Source: an uncultured Candidatus Saccharibacteria bacterium
Lineage (GTDB): Bacteria > Patescibacteriota > Saccharimonadia > Saccharimonadales > JAGQNJ01
Reading direction: 5' to 3'
Length of the DNA: 54,510 nt
NCBI GenBank assembly: GCA_964510945.1
Contig: CAZEED010000006.1
Span: 1 to 54,510, forward strand
Position 1 is the stretch's first letter; each line of letters starts with the position of its first letter. Shown here in pieces: positions 1-9,410 of this stretch. Below the pieces are notes generated by a model, which made no database searches, was not told the origin of the DNA, and saw only the letters and a list, made by a program, of their open reading frames with translations. Both the position numbers and the translations under genes were made by a program.

Positions 1-26
1 GCAATATTTAGAAAATTGCGAGACCG

Positions 27-452
27 ATGACGAATATCTACTTAGACATTGACGGAGTGCTATTAGCAAACGACCTAAACCCAGCGAATCGCGCACCCGA
101 ATTTCTGAAATACGTTTTAGAAAAGTTTCCTGATTCAACCTATTGGTTGACTACTCATTGTCAGGGAGATGCTAATGTTCCGATACAACACATAGGGCAT
201 CTGTTTGATACCGAAACAGTCAAGCTTATGAAAAAGATAAAGCCAACCAGCTGGGATCTAGCGAAGACACGTGCTATCGATTTCTCTAATCCGTTTCTAT
301 GGTTTGACGATGACTTATTCTACGAAGAGAAGCAATCGTTAATCGAACACGATTTACTAGATAATTGGATAGAAGTAGATTTATCAAAGAATCCTGATCA
401 GCTGAGAAATTTCATAAACAGTTTTCCTATACCTGCAACGGTAGGAAAATAA
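27..452 (+). CDS. hypothetical protein with HAD-like N-terminal DxDGVL motif
   Basis: 141-aa ORF. The N-terminus IYLDIDGVLL resembles HAD-superfamily motif I. The FtsK-like gene follows 14 nt downstream behind an AAGGAGG RBS. Confidence 0.4.
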   Translation: MTNIYLDIDGVLLANDLNPANRAPEFLKYVLEKFPDSTYWLTTHCQGDANVPIQHIGHLFDTETVKLMKKIKPTSWDLAKTRAIDFSNPFLWFDDDLFYEEKQSLIEHDLLDNWIEVDLSKNPDQLRNFINSFPIPATVGK

Positions 453-466
453 AGGAGGTAAATTGC

Positions 467-1924
467 ATGGACGAAGAACTATTTCGCAAGTTATTTGAAC
501 AAGGTTTAATTACCGATAAACCTCCTGAAATGTGGATGCCGATGAATACGAAAGACCGCAAGTGGCAGAATTACTACACTGGTCGTGGCGGTGTCACGAT
601 GCACTTAGGTGGTGGCTGGATGATTAATGTTGATACTGATGAACTGACGCAAATTGCTAGTAGTTCGGACGTAGATGAGCAACTCATAAAATCAGTCCAA
701 GCAGTATTTGATGAGCTCGGCTACGAGTATGAAACTGTAAGCGATAAGTTTGGACACGTTATAGTTGTGCGTCATAAATTCAGCGTTTTGGGGAACAAAG
801 TACCCCTAACTTTGAAATTTAGTGAGTATGGTTTTGATCCAAAGAAAACAATGAATGATAAATTTGAGAATGAGTTACATTCCGTTACGCCAGATCACAT
901 AAAGGTTAGCGTTAACCATGTTCCTGAGTATGACGACGAAGGTGAAGAATTAGGTACTTTCGGAGAAACAGGGCTAGAGTTCACGACAGAAATTGACCAG
1001 CCAATAACGGCTGATGATTTTCCAAGTTTTGTAGAAGCAAAGCGTAAAGAAATCGACACGACACTCACCAAACTGAAAGACTATAGGTTTACTGATGAAC
1101 CTAGCAAAGTAGAGCAAGAATTCTATGACCTGCGAGACGCTCTTGATTCTGATGAATATAAAAATGCCGAAGGTTCACTTTTGTTCGCAGTCGGAAAGGA
1201 CGAATCAGGAAAGTTTGTTATTGCCGATTTGCACAAGTTGCCACATATCATGGCTGGTGGGCAAACTGGTTCAGGTAAATCAAACTTCACAGAAGGGACA
1301 CTGATCCTGAGTCTCCTGCATCGCTATTCGTCCGATGATCTTAAGCTACTATTGATAGATCCTAAGATGGTGCAATTTACGCAGTACAATGGCATCCCCC
1401 ACTTAGTTAGACCAGTCATAACTACACCCGAGGATTCAAAGGATGCGATGGATTGGCTACTAAAAGAAATGGAAGATCGATTTGATGTTCTTGTGGATAG
1501 TAAGACAAAGAACATCGATGAATATAATTCATCGGATAAAGGTCATATGCCATTTGTAGTACTAATCATTGATGAAGTTGCAGATTTAATGATGGTTGAT
1601 GGCGAATACTATCAGAAATCGTTTATAAAACTCCTACAAAAGTCGGCAGCGGTTGGTATCCATATTTACATTGGTACCAGCAGGCCTAGTGAAGATGTAT
1701 TACCAAGCTTACTGAGAGCAAACTTCGTTACGAAAATAGCCTTCAAGACCGCTTCGAAAGTTGATAGCGAAGCATTAATTGATGTAAGTGGGGCAGAAAA
1801 TCTACTAGGTAGAGGTGATCTACTCTTTAGCTCGCTTGGTACTGTTCATCCGGTTCATTTACAAGCTCCGTACGTTTCTGACGAAGAGACTGCTCGGTTT
1901 GCAGAACAGCTTAAAAATAGTTAA
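467..1924 (+). CDS. FtsK/SpoIIIE-family DNA translocase ATPase (TraB/Tra-like of integrative or conjugative elements)
   Basis: Walker A GGQTGSGKSN, LLLIDPKMVQF, Walker B VVLIIDEVADLMM and a C-terminal GRGDLLF motif typical of the FtsK motor domain. Strong RBS AAGGAGG upstream. Confidence 0.85.
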   Translation: MDEELFRKLFEQGLITDKPPEMWMPMNTKDRKWQNYYTGRGGVTMHLGGGWMINVDTDELTQIASSSDVDEQLIKSVQAVFDELGYEYETVSDKFGHVIVVRHKFSVLGNKVPLTLKFSEYGFDPKKTMNDKFENELHSVTPDHIKVSVNHVPEYDDEGEELGTFGETGLEFTTEIDQPITADDFPSFVEAKRKEIDTTLTKLKDYRFTDEPSKVEQEFYDLRDALDSDEYKNAEGSLLFAVGKDESGKFVIADLHKLPHIMAGGQTGSGKSNFTEGTLILSLLHRYSSDDLKLLLIDPKMVQFTQYNGIPHLVRPVITTPEDSKDAMDWLLKEMEDRFDVLVDSKTKNIDEYNSSDKGHMPFVVLIIDEVADLMMVDGEYYQKSFIKLLQKSAAVGIHIYIGTSRPSEDVLPSLLRANFVTKIAFKTASKVDSEALIDVSGAENLLGRGDLLFSSLGTVHPVHLQAPYVSDEETARFAEQLKNS

Positions 1925-1977
1925 CAAAATACACTCCACTAGTAATGAGAGCGAAGTTAATATGATAACATTACAAT

Positions 1978-2214
1978 ATGTTTGACAAGAATTTGAAAGA
2001 TAAGCGAGAAAGCCTAAAACTCTCTCAACAAGATGTAGCGATTTTACTAGGTGTCAGCAGAATTACTTACATCAAATACGAACAAGATCCTAACTCTATG
2101 CCTTTAGGGAAGTATGAACAGCTGATGGCAGAGTTTATAAGATTGGGCGGAATTGTTACCGACGGTAAAATTAAATCGAATGTTCCTAACGGCGATGTAG
2201 ATTTTGATATCTAA
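1978..2214 (+). CDS. XRE-family helix-turn-helix transcriptional regulator
   Basis: 78 aa. LKLSQQDVAILLGVSRITYIKYEQ matches the XRE/Cro-CI HTH pattern. Confidence 0.75.
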   Translation: MFDKNLKDKRESLKLSQQDVAILLGVSRITYIKYEQDPNSMPLGKYEQLMAEFIRLGGIVTDGKIKSNVPNGDVDFDI

Positions 2215-2292
2215 AGCAGATAAAAATTACCTATAATATTCAACGTACATGACAGCCTAAACATCTCTTAAATTTGGGCGTAAAATATAAGT

Positions 2293-3741
2293 GTGTATAC
2301 ATACCTGCAAGATCGCCAGCATTATGAAGACCGTTACGATGACGGCACTGTTGCCAAGTGCCGTTCAGGCGAACGTATCGTAAATGACACGTTCAAGATA
2401 ATGGAGAAGAAGCTCACTAAAAAAGAGCTGACCACAAGCATGCCTGGTTGGTACTTGCTATACAGTAAGCTCTACTTTTGGTTCGTTGAATCGGCGGCTG
2501 CTTCACGAGCCGAGAATCGAGATGCCACTATCGCCAAGTGGATGGAAGAAGATGAAAAGAAAGATGACCGACTAGCCAAAGCTCATATTTCAGGTGGTAC
2601 GTATTGCCGTAGTTGCGGTAAAGATTTGCGAGTTATCAGCAAAGACTATATGCGCCGTGATAACCGCAAAGACGATGACATCCTTATCATGTTTGAATGC
2701 GTGGAATGCAATAAGCGCATGGCTCTTTGGGAAGACGGTACACAGTGGGAAGGCGCGAAGCATGAATGCGAGAAATGTGGTGGTAATACTACTTCAAAGA
2801 CCACCAAGGAGTTCGGTGTTATCACATGGACTGACACCTGTGAGAAATGTAAGCACGTTAAGACTGACACACTCGACCTATCTGATAGCAAGAAAGAACC
2901 CGAAGCCGTTGATCCATATCTAGAGTTAGACCGCAAACGCTTCGTTTTCGATAAAGATATGATGTTTAAATACGACCAAAAGCTAAGACACTTTGAAAGA
3001 ATGGCGAAGCTTCACGCCACAGCCGAAGATAAAGTACAGCATGTTGATGTACATGACGGTATTAAACAGGTAAAGAAGCTCAAGATAGTCCAGCTAAAGG
3101 AGTTACTCGAGCCTATCTTCACAGAAGGTGGCTATAGTAACTTTAAGTTAGGTGATCCGCAGATTGGTCGTGAAGTGTCACTAGATTTCAGTTGCCTTGA
3201 CACCAAAGACGACCGTGAAGAGTACCAAAGCAAGAAAGACCTGCATAAGGCCATAGAGAAGGTTCTGGAGGATACTAACTGGCGATTAATGAGTGCTGGT
3301 GTGAGTTACAGGCTCGGATTCTTATCAGGAAGCTTGCGAGCCTACGAAAGTGAAGAAGAAATACGGAAACTGGTCGAACAACGTATGAAGAATGGCTATG
3401 TTCCGAAGGCAGAGCCCAAAGAACCAACAGTATCAGCAACCAAGCCAAAAGACGAGTTCTATAATCGTGACATGCGTGAATCAGTCCTCGTCTATTTCGA
3501 TAAGTTGATGCTTGGTAGCGTACCAGCTGAAATCACACTCAAGAGCGGTATCGTCAAGCCAACAAGCATACCAGTATTATCTGGGGAAATGAACCCATTA
3601 CTTCGAGTATTCATACCTATGCGAGATAACGATGAATCAGTCCCAAAGTTCATCAGAAACTATGATTTTAAGTTTGGTGAAGACAAGAAAATGGCAAAGG
3701 TTCGCAAAGACAGTCGTGGGCGCAAAATACGTCTAGTATAG
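2293..3741 (+). CDS. hypothetical protein with two central zinc-ribbon pairs
   Basis: 482-aa ORF with a GTG start. Four CxxC pairs (CRSCGK, CVECNK, CEKCGG, CEKCKH) lie within about 90 aa. No other recognisable motif. Confidence 0.5.
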   Translation: MYTYLQDRQHYEDRYDDGTVAKCRSGERIVNDTFKIMEKKLTKKELTTSMPGWYLLYSKLYFWFVESAAASRAENRDATIAKWMEEDEKKDDRLAKAHISGGTYCRSCGKDLRVISKDYMRRDNRKDDDILIMFECVECNKRMALWEDGTQWEGAKHECEKCGGNTTSKTTKEFGVITWTDTCEKCKHVKTDTLDLSDSKKEPEAVDPYLELDRKRFVFDKDMMFKYDQKLRHFERMAKLHATAEDKVQHVDVHDGIKQVKKLKIVQLKELLEPIFTEGGYSNFKLGDPQIGREVSLDFSCLDTKDDREEYQSKKDLHKAIEKVLEDTNWRLMSAGVSYRLGFLSGSLRAYESEEEIRKLVEQRMKNGYVPKAEPKEPTVSATKPKDEFYNRDMRESVLVYFDKLMLGSVPAEITLKSGIVKPTSIPVLSGEMNPLLRVFIPMRDNDESVPKFIRNYDFKFGEDKKMAKVRKDSRGRKIRLV

Positions 3742-3797
3742 GCAATCAAAGTGCGGGATTTGTTCGTAAAACCCTATTAAATACGACTAAAAACGAG

Positions 3798-3890
3798 ACA
3801 CTTCAAATATATGCGTTTCGTGTCTCATTTGTCCCGTTTTGTGTCCTCCGACCCCTGTAATAGTTCCGTGACCTGTATGGGGAGCCAAGA
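3798..3890 (+). repeat. att-like direct repeat, copy A (overlaps the 3' end of the serine recombinase gene)
   Basis: About 93 bp similar to 35219-35312. There is a 28-bp perfect core gttccgtgacctgtatggggagccaaga (3863-3890 = 35285-35312) and a 16-bp perfect block gtgtctcatttgtccc (3820-3835 = 35242-35257). Similarity stops abruptly at 3890/35312. Confidence 0.7.
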
Positions 3891-5345
3891 TTGATTTTGA
3901 GAACACTCTGCGATTACATCAAAGGGTGTTTTTAGATTGAAAACCAGCTTTTTGTCCTGAATTACGAGGTTCGAAAGTAGAAAGCGTAAAAGTTTGGATT
4001 TTAGTGCCGCTTTCGAACTTTGGAACAGTTTAGGTGCTTTTGTGGCTATCTCTAACAGATACGAACTGGTTAACATAAAACTTTTATCATTATGGGTCAA
4101 AGTAACCAGCTGTTCGTCTAATTGCTCTTGTCGGGCTTTCAGGTCCTTAACATATTCGTCATAGTCATTGAGAGTAATACGCCCGTCGAGCCTGTCCTCG
4201 TACAATACTCGCAGCTTTTTCTGTATCGTGTCATATTCTGAACGGGTCCTTTCAATAGCATTTGCGTAGTAAAGTTGTTGGTTATCGTGGTGCTTACGCA
4301 GCTCGTCAATAACGTAGGTAACAATCTCATCGTTCATTTCTAGCTGACCAACCATAGCCGCAACTTGTGGCACTAGGTCCTTTTCTTTGATGTGTGGCTG
4401 CTTGCACGGACCTTTGCCCTTGCTGCATTGCATATAGACATTACCTTTGGCTGTATATGACGATACGCTACAACCGCAGCTGCCACATTTCAGCAAGCCG
4501 TTAAAAGTGTAGTCAATTGCTTGTTTCTTAGTACGGTTAGTGCCTCGCTGTTCGTTCACAGCTTGGACCTTATCAAACATCTTGCGGCTTATAAGTGGTT
4601 CGTATTTGTGAGGGTACAGCTTGCCGTTATACCGCATAACGCCGTAGTAGAACGGGTTTTTAAGTATCTGTTCAATCGTACTTTGACCAATCGGGGTTAG
4701 TTTGGCTGTATTATTTCTTAAACCCTCTTTCTTGAGCTGTGCAGCGATGCCTCTGTACGGCATACCAATTAAACGTAGTTCAAATGCCTTTTTAATATAG
4801 CCAGCTCGTTCTTGGTCTAACAGTACGGTTGTTTCTTTGTCGCTAATTCTATGGTTTACATAGCCAATCGGTGCTTTACCAGGCCACTCGCCATCGTTCA
4901 GCTTTTGCTCAAAGCGGCGTTTAACGTTATCCCTAATGCTGTCAGAGTAGTAACGAGCAAGTGCCACGCCAATACCAAGCCTGAACAAGTCAGGAGCACC
5001 AGAGTTTTTAGTAACGCATAAATTGTCTGACGGAAAGTGTATCTCAATTTTTCCGTCCTCTCGCAGCTTGTTCAGTATTTTTACCTCATCGGCTGAACTG
5101 TCCCTCGTATAGCGGTCAATTTTGTCAAAAACAACGATGCACTCGTCAGGGTAGGCTTGGATACTTTTTACAATGTTGCCAAATGTCTTACGGTTGTCCT
5201 TGTATGCACTTTCATCAAACTCAAACAGCTCGTAGTCGTAGTCTTTATCTTTGCCGTATTTTTCGAGGCGTAAAACCTGTGCAGGTAATGCCTGCCGTTG
5301 TTCTGGGTCTGATACTCTTGCTATTAAAAATGCCTTAGTTTTCAT
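3825..5345 (-). CDS. large serine recombinase (integrase)
   Basis: 506 aa. The N-terminal resolvase catalytic motif AFLIARVSDPEQ is followed by a recombinase domain, a Cys cluster (CGSCGC...CSKGKGPC) and a coiled-coil-like tail. The last ~22 codons lie inside att-like repeat A. Confidence 0.9.
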   Translation of the reverse strand: MKTKAFLIARVSDPEQRQALPAQVLRLEKYGKDKDYDYELFEFDESAYKDNRKTFGNIVKSIQAYPDECIVVFDKIDRYTRDSSADEVKILNKLREDGKIEIHFPSDNLCVTKNSGAPDLFRLGIGVALARYYSDSIRDNVKRRFEQKLNDGEWPGKAPIGYVNHRISDKETTVLLDQERAGYIKKAFELRLIGMPYRGIAAQLKKEGLRNNTAKLTPIGQSTIEQILKNPFYYGVMRYNGKLYPHKYEPLISRKMFDKVQAVNEQRGTNRTKKQAIDYTFNGLLKCGSCGCSVSSYTAKGNVYMQCSKGKGPCKQPHIKEKDLVPQVAAMVGQLEMNDEIVTYVIDELRKHHDNQQLYYANAIERTRSEYDTIQKKLRVLYEDRLDGRITLNDYDEYVKDLKARQEQLDEQLVTLTHNDKSFMLTSSYLLEIATKAPKLFQSSKAALKSKLLRFLLSNLVIQDKKLVFNLKTPFDVIAECSQNQSWLPIQVTELLQGSEDTKRDK

Positions 5346-5396
5346 AGTTATTCCTTTCTCTGTTACTATATACCATTATATAACAATTGATGACAA

Positions 5397-6527
5397 TCAC
5401 AGAGAACCTTTTATTTGGTCCATTGTGGTTGGCTCAAACTGTTCAAGCATTTGGTTTATGCCTGCTATTGTCTTGTACTGGACCTTTTGCGTTGGCTTGG
5501 TTAGTGGTTTTAACCGTGTCCAAGCGTGTTTGCCAAAACGGTCCTCAAATAACGCTCTAATATGCCGTTGGTCGCTTGCGGTCAGCAGTAGAGCCATACC
5601 AAGCCGTGCTGCCGCTTGCTGCGGACCTTTTAGCTCATCTGTCTGCAAAATGTTAGCCAGTACCTTATGTGGCTCATTACTATCCAATGCCAGCTTGGGC
5701 AGGTTAGTGAAAAAGTTTTGCCAATGATGCTGTAACAGCAATTTTGACAACTCGACAGAGAACACATTTTTAAACGTCAGTGGCTTATCAAACCCGACGG
5801 CTTTTAGTGCGTCAGTTGTTTTCCTTTTGCCGTTCAGTCTAACCTCATAACGCATAACCGCTACTGGCTGCGTTCGTGCCAACTGGTCTAACAAATCAAG
5901 CTGCACGAAGTTATCTTTTTCCTGTGTCCGTTTTTCGCTTACTTTGGATTGTCGCAAGTCAGCCAGCTTATCGTAAATTGCAATATCAAGCGAGTTGGTG
6001 TGAACGTGCAGCACATAACCGCCATTACGAAAGTTAGTGTTTTGTATGTCATAGGTTTTGCTTATGTCAGCCGTCCGTAGCATTTGCAAGACAGCCGAGC
6101 AAGACGTGTAATCGTCAAACACAAAGTTTTTGCTGTAATGTAACGCTCTTATCTCTGCTTGTTCTAATTGCTTAGTAAATAACCAAACGCCCATTTCTCG
6201 GAGCGTTTGCTGTAATTGGCTAACGACCAGCGTAAAGTCGTTATCGGTTAGTTCGTCAAAGTTATTGCCGAAAGCAATCTTGGGCAGGCTCAACTCAATT
6301 GCCAGCTCATAACTAGCACGTTTGTAGCCTCTGGGACGCTGTGTGTAGGTCAGACGTGGCTGATACTTGCCCAGCTTTTTGATAGCCGCTGACGGATTAG
6401 CCATTGCCTTGAAATAGCCAAAATAGTCAGGGTTTATGCTATCCAGCGTCGGCTGAAAGTTGGCTCTTGCGTGTAATGGTTTGTCCATCTTTATTACCAG
6501 CTTTATTGTGTCTATCATCGTCATCAC
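5397..6527 (-). CDS. putative replication initiation protein (phage/plasmid gene II/CRI-like); function uncertain
   Basis: 376-aa ORF. The N-terminus MIDTIKLVI resembles N-termini of phage/plasmid rolling-circle initiators. It sits between the integrase and small regulatory genes. The call rests on weak resemblance and context. Confidence 0.35.
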   Translation of the reverse strand: MMTMIDTIKLVIKMDKPLHARANFQPTLDSINPDYFGYFKAMANPSAAIKKLGKYQPRLTYTQRPRGYKRASYELAIELSLPKIAFGNNFDELTDNDFTLVVSQLQQTLREMGVWLFTKQLEQAEIRALHYSKNFVFDDYTSCSAVLQMLRTADISKTYDIQNTNFRNGGYVLHVHTNSLDIAIYDKLADLRQSKVSEKRTQEKDNFVQLDLLDQLARTQPVAVMRYEVRLNGKRKTTDALKAVGFDKPLTFKNVFSVELSKLLLQHHWQNFFTNLPKLALDSNEPHKVLANILQTDELKGPQQAAARLGMALLLTASDQRHIRALFEDRFGKHAWTRLKPLTKPTQKVQYKTIAGINQMLEQFEPTTMDQIKGSL

Positions 6528-6786
6528 GTCCTTTAAAAAGCCGCTGGCACTCAGCTAAAACGGCTTGTTCAATCAGGCTGCCAACAACCCTGTTAATTGG
6601 GTGGTATAGGTTTAACTCTTTTTTACCAACTTTCTTGGTCGGATAGGTAATGCGGTACGAGCCATCTAGGCGACTATGTACGCCGATTGAGCCAAGATAG
6701 AGGCTGTCATCAATTACCACGCTGGCAAACGCTACAAGACCGCTATTTGGTTTAATCGGCACAACATTTACCTCGCTAATTGTCAT
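6439..6786 (-). CDS. SpoVG-like nucleic-acid-binding protein
   Basis: MTISEVNVVPIKPNSGLVAFASVVIDDSLYLGSIGVHSRLDGSYRITYPTKK follows the SpoVG pattern (MxITDVRI...KAxASVxxDxxFxVxxIxV...PS/TRK). The start is taken at the internal ATG 6784-6786 rather than the ORF-track start 6828. Its 3' end overlaps the Rep-like ORF start by about 89 nt. Confidence 0.7.
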   Translation of the reverse strand: MTISEVNVVPIKPNSGLVAFASVVIDDSLYLGSIGVHSRLDGSYRITYPTKKVGKKELNLYHPINRVVGSLIEQAVLAECQRLFKGRDDDDRHNKAGNKDGQTITRKSQLSADAG

Positions 6787-7084
6787 TGCAATCCTCTTGG
6801 CACTGTTCCGTTTTACACGGACCTTCAAGCGTTAAACTAATATATGCTCGTATTGCACGCATTTGCTTGTGGTCTAACCGGCTCAACAAAGACTTAATCT
6901 TATTTGAGGTTTCATCGCCTGTAATATCGGCAGGTAAGTAACCCTCAGCAATCTTTATCAAATGTTCAACCTCGCTTAGTTCAGCGTTCCATATAACCAC
7001 TTGGGCTGCGTAAAGACGGCAGTCATTACACCAACCCAAAACGCTATCAGCTATCCGTTGTTTCGTTTCCTCGTTCATCATCAA
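6776..7084 (-). CDS. hypothetical protein
   Basis: 102-aa ORF in a same-strand gene chain on the mobile element. No recognisable motif. Confidence 0.4.
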   Translation of the reverse strand: MMMNEETKQRIADSVLGWCNDCRLYAAQVVIWNAELSEVEHLIKIAEGYLPADITGDETSNKIKSLLSRLDHKQMRAIRAYISLTLEGPCKTEQCQEDCNDN

Positions 7085-7235
7085 TCCTTTCTTGCTCTTT
7101 TAGTTCAAGGTCCATTTCTATCAGCACGTCAAAATAGCCAACGAGGTTGGCTGTTGCTACGTCATCTCGACCAAGCTCGGCAAGAAACTCTTGCAAGCTG
7201 ACGACGTTTGGCTGTTGGCTGTTTTGCTGCTGCAT
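7047..7235 (-). CDS. hypothetical small protein sharing an LVxFxDxLIEMD motif with ORF 26394-26954
   Basis: 62 aa. LVGYFDVLIEMDLELKEQ compares with LVSFVDLLIEMDMAQKALKK in the 186-aa protein. This paralogous motif supports that it is a real gene. Confidence 0.45.
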   Translation of the reverse strand: MQQQNSQQPNVVSLQEFLAELGRDDVATANLVGYFDVLIEMDLELKEQERIDDERGNETTDS

Positions 7236-7294
7236 ACAGCCATTACGACAAACCTAGTGTTTAGCCGAGTTTAAACCTGTGGATAATTCAGTTT

Positions 7295-8545
7295 TTACAG
7301 ATTAGCAAGATATTTAGGGTTTACGTAAACCTCGTAGTTCAAAAGTATAAAAAACTCTTTTATTTGACCTTTTGTAGCAGCTTCAATTTTGAGGTTAAGT
7401 GCCTTTACGTAGCCTTTGACAGCGTTGTTAAAAGTATCTTCATTACCGTCCGTTCCAGCGTGCATAGTAAATACCAATTCCATCAGATGTGATACGTCCC
7501 ATTTTTTTGTAAAGTTTTCAACCGAGCTAAAGAAAAAATCGCAAAATCTGGCCTGTTTGGAGCTACGTTGTATGCCAACTTCATAGCCTTTAAGAATTAG
7601 TTTTGAACTTTCCATCTGAAACTTAGCGTCAGCATAAGCAATCCTTGTAATGCCACTTTCTTGCTTGCCTGTGACGAGCCGTTTTACCTCTGCAAGCTCA
7701 CTGCGGTTTGCTTTTAATTCCGTGAATAACAAATCCAGCTTGGCTGTGCTAACAAGCTGGTAATCATCATCAATGCGTTGCGTGCGGCTAGTGTCGCTGA
7801 CAATGGTTACGTTGCCGTCTCGGTCAAATACCTCAATATCATCAAGGTTTATTGTTTCAACTGGCGTAAACTTGGCAAAGGTCGTGCCGATTGAACCCAG
7901 GTCAACGGCAAATGCCTTAACAATCGTCTCGCTTACTGCCTGTATGCTGGCAAAAAGGCTGCGAGTAAGGTTTGCAGCGTGAGCAGTCGCAAGAAACGAC
8001 TGGTTTGCTAGACCAGCTGTGATAGCCAGTTTCTGCTGTGCCAAGACAAGCTGTTGAGCTGGCATTATAAAGTTGGTTTGTAGTTTCTGCGTCCCTATGG
8101 CAAGCCGTTGTATATCCTGCGTAATTTTGGCAATAGGGAAAGTGTCGAGTGTCCTAAACGCTTTTGCAATGGCTGTAAAATCGTATTGTGCTGTTATACG
8201 CCTTGCTAGTTCAGTAGCCATTTTATTAGCCTCTATGAGCTGCTCTGTTTGACGAGGCGTTAACAGGTCAGGGTCTTTCTTTAACAACTCTTGCCACTCA
8301 CTGATACTTAGTCCAGTGCGGTATTTTTCATCGTCTAAATTAAGGTCGTATTTCTTTTGATTTGCGATACGTCTGTCACGAAAAACGTGTGCTGGCGTTG
8401 CCTCTGACGGCGTTTGCTTTACAGGTAGGGTTATTTCTACTGGCTTTGTATCGTTAGTCTTTGGTTTTTTGACAGGCTGCTTAGCCGCTTTGGATTGCGG
8501 CTTTTTACTCGGTTTCTTGGGTTGCTTGTCGTCTTTTTTCATCAC
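7295..8545 (-). CDS. hypothetical protein with Lys/Pro-rich N-terminus
   Basis: 416-aa ORF. N-terminus KKPSKKPQSKAAKQPVKKPK. No catalytic motif recognised. Confidence 0.5.
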   Translation of the reverse strand: MMKKDDKQPKKPSKKPQSKAAKQPVKKPKTNDTKPVEITLPVKQTPSEATPAHVFRDRRIANQKKYDLNLDDEKYRTGLSISEWQELLKKDPDLLTPRQTEQLIEANKMATELARRITAQYDFTAIAKAFRTLDTFPIAKITQDIQRLAIGTQKLQTNFIMPAQQLVLAQQKLAITAGLANQSFLATAHAANLTRSLFASIQAVSETIVKAFAVDLGSIGTTFAKFTPVETINLDDIEVFDRDGNVTIVSDTSRTQRIDDDYQLVSTAKLDLLFTELKANRSELAEVKRLVTGKQESGITRIAYADAKFQMESSKLILKGYEVGIQRSSKQARFCDFFFSSVENFTKKWDVSHLMELVFTMHAGTDGNEDTFNNAVKGYVKALNLKIEAATKGQIKEFFILLNYEVYVNPKYLANL

Positions 8546-8616
8546 ATCTTTACCAAAACTGCACTATCGCAGTCGCTCTTACTCTTGTATCATAATAGTA
8601 TCAATTGTGAGGTTAT

Positions 8617-8799
8617 ATGTCATCGAAAGATTTACCAGAATTACTAACACTGAAACAAGCAAGCGAGCTGTTGCAAGTACACCCAAACACATTACGTAAT
8701 TGGGATAATAACGGCACACTCAAAGCTGTCCGTATTGGCGGGCGTAATTTACGACGTTATAAAAAGAGTGATTTATTAAAATTGATGGAGCAAAAATGA
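8617..8799 (+). CDS. excisionase/MerR-type helix-turn-helix DNA-binding protein
   Basis: 60 aa. LLTLKQASELLQVHPNTLRNWDNNGTLKAVRIGGRNLRRYKKSDL matches the excisionase-family HTH (HTH_17-like) pattern. The stop overlaps the next gene's start. Confidence 0.7.
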   Translation: MSSKDLPELLTLKQASELLQVHPNTLRNWDNNGTLKAVRIGGRNLRRYKKSDLLKLMEQK

Positions 8800-9410
8800 G
8801 CGATACTAATAGCACAACGGTACAATCTTATGACGCACATATTCAGGAGTATATAGACGGCACACCTCAGGTAGTCGAGGGGTTTGTTAAAAACTGGATT
8901 GATGCAGTTTTAACTGACTTACCGAAAGATGTAAGGATACTCGAATTTGGTTCGGCTTTTGGACGTGATGCAGACTATATTGAAAGCAAGGGTTACGCTG
9001 TCGAAAGGACAGATGTAACGCCTGGCTTTGTAAGCCTGCTACAATCGCAGGGTCATAGTGCAAGGATTTTAAACGCTATCTCTGATGAGCTTGATGGTCC
9101 TTATAATTTAGTATTTGCTGACGCTGTATTGTTGCACTTTAACAGGGACGAAACACAAACTGTAATCAGTAAGGTATTTGATGCATTGTCTGATAACGGA
9201 CGGTTTGCATTTAGTTTAAAGCAAGGCAATGGCGAGAGTTGGTCAGAAGATAAGCTGGGTGCACCTCGGTACTTTTGTTACTGGACCAAAGACGGAATTG
9301 AGCCGTTACTTAAACAAGCTGGCTTTAGCAATTTGAAAATAAGCGACGACCATAACGGCAGTACCGCAAAATGGCTACATATAATCGCTACTAAAGAGGC
9401 TAGTCGCTAA
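8796..9410 (+). CDS. class I SAM-dependent methyltransferase
   Basis: 204 aa. Motif I-like VRILEFGSAFGRDA. Overlaps both neighbours at start and stop. Confidence 0.7.
   Translation: MSDTNSTTVQSYDAHIQEYIDGTPQVVEGFVKNWIDAVLTDLPKDVRILEFGSAFGRDADYIESKGYAVERTDVTPGFVSLLQSQGHSARILNAISDELDGPYNLVFADAVLLHFNRDETQTVISKVFDALSDNGRFAFSLKQGNGESWSEDKLGAPRYFCYWTKDGIEPLLKQAGFSNLKISDDHNGSTAKWLHIIATKEASR

Noticed and set aside
2594-2936. ORFs 2594-2923 (+) and 2646-2936 (-) inside the 482-aa zinc-ribbon gene
   Set aside because: They are alternative-frame or antisense ORFs nested fully within a longer ORF. Their composition is implausible and nothing supports them independently.
3863-3890. Possible TPP-riboswitch-like or tRNA/tmRNA-like nature of the repeated core (gacctgtatggggagcc, gggttccgtgacc)
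   Set aside because: The order of the GGGGAGC-like and ACCTGAT-like pieces is reversed relative to the TPP consensus, and CUGAGA is absent. No T-arm complement or acceptor pairing could be drawn, and no tag-peptide frame ending in AA-stop is present.
5251-5727. 158-aa plus-strand ORF spanning the recombinase start and the Rep-like gene end
   Set aside because: It is antisense to two well-supported minus-strand genes. It has a low-complexity, Cys/Ser-rich translation with no RBS or motif, as expected of a shadow ORF.
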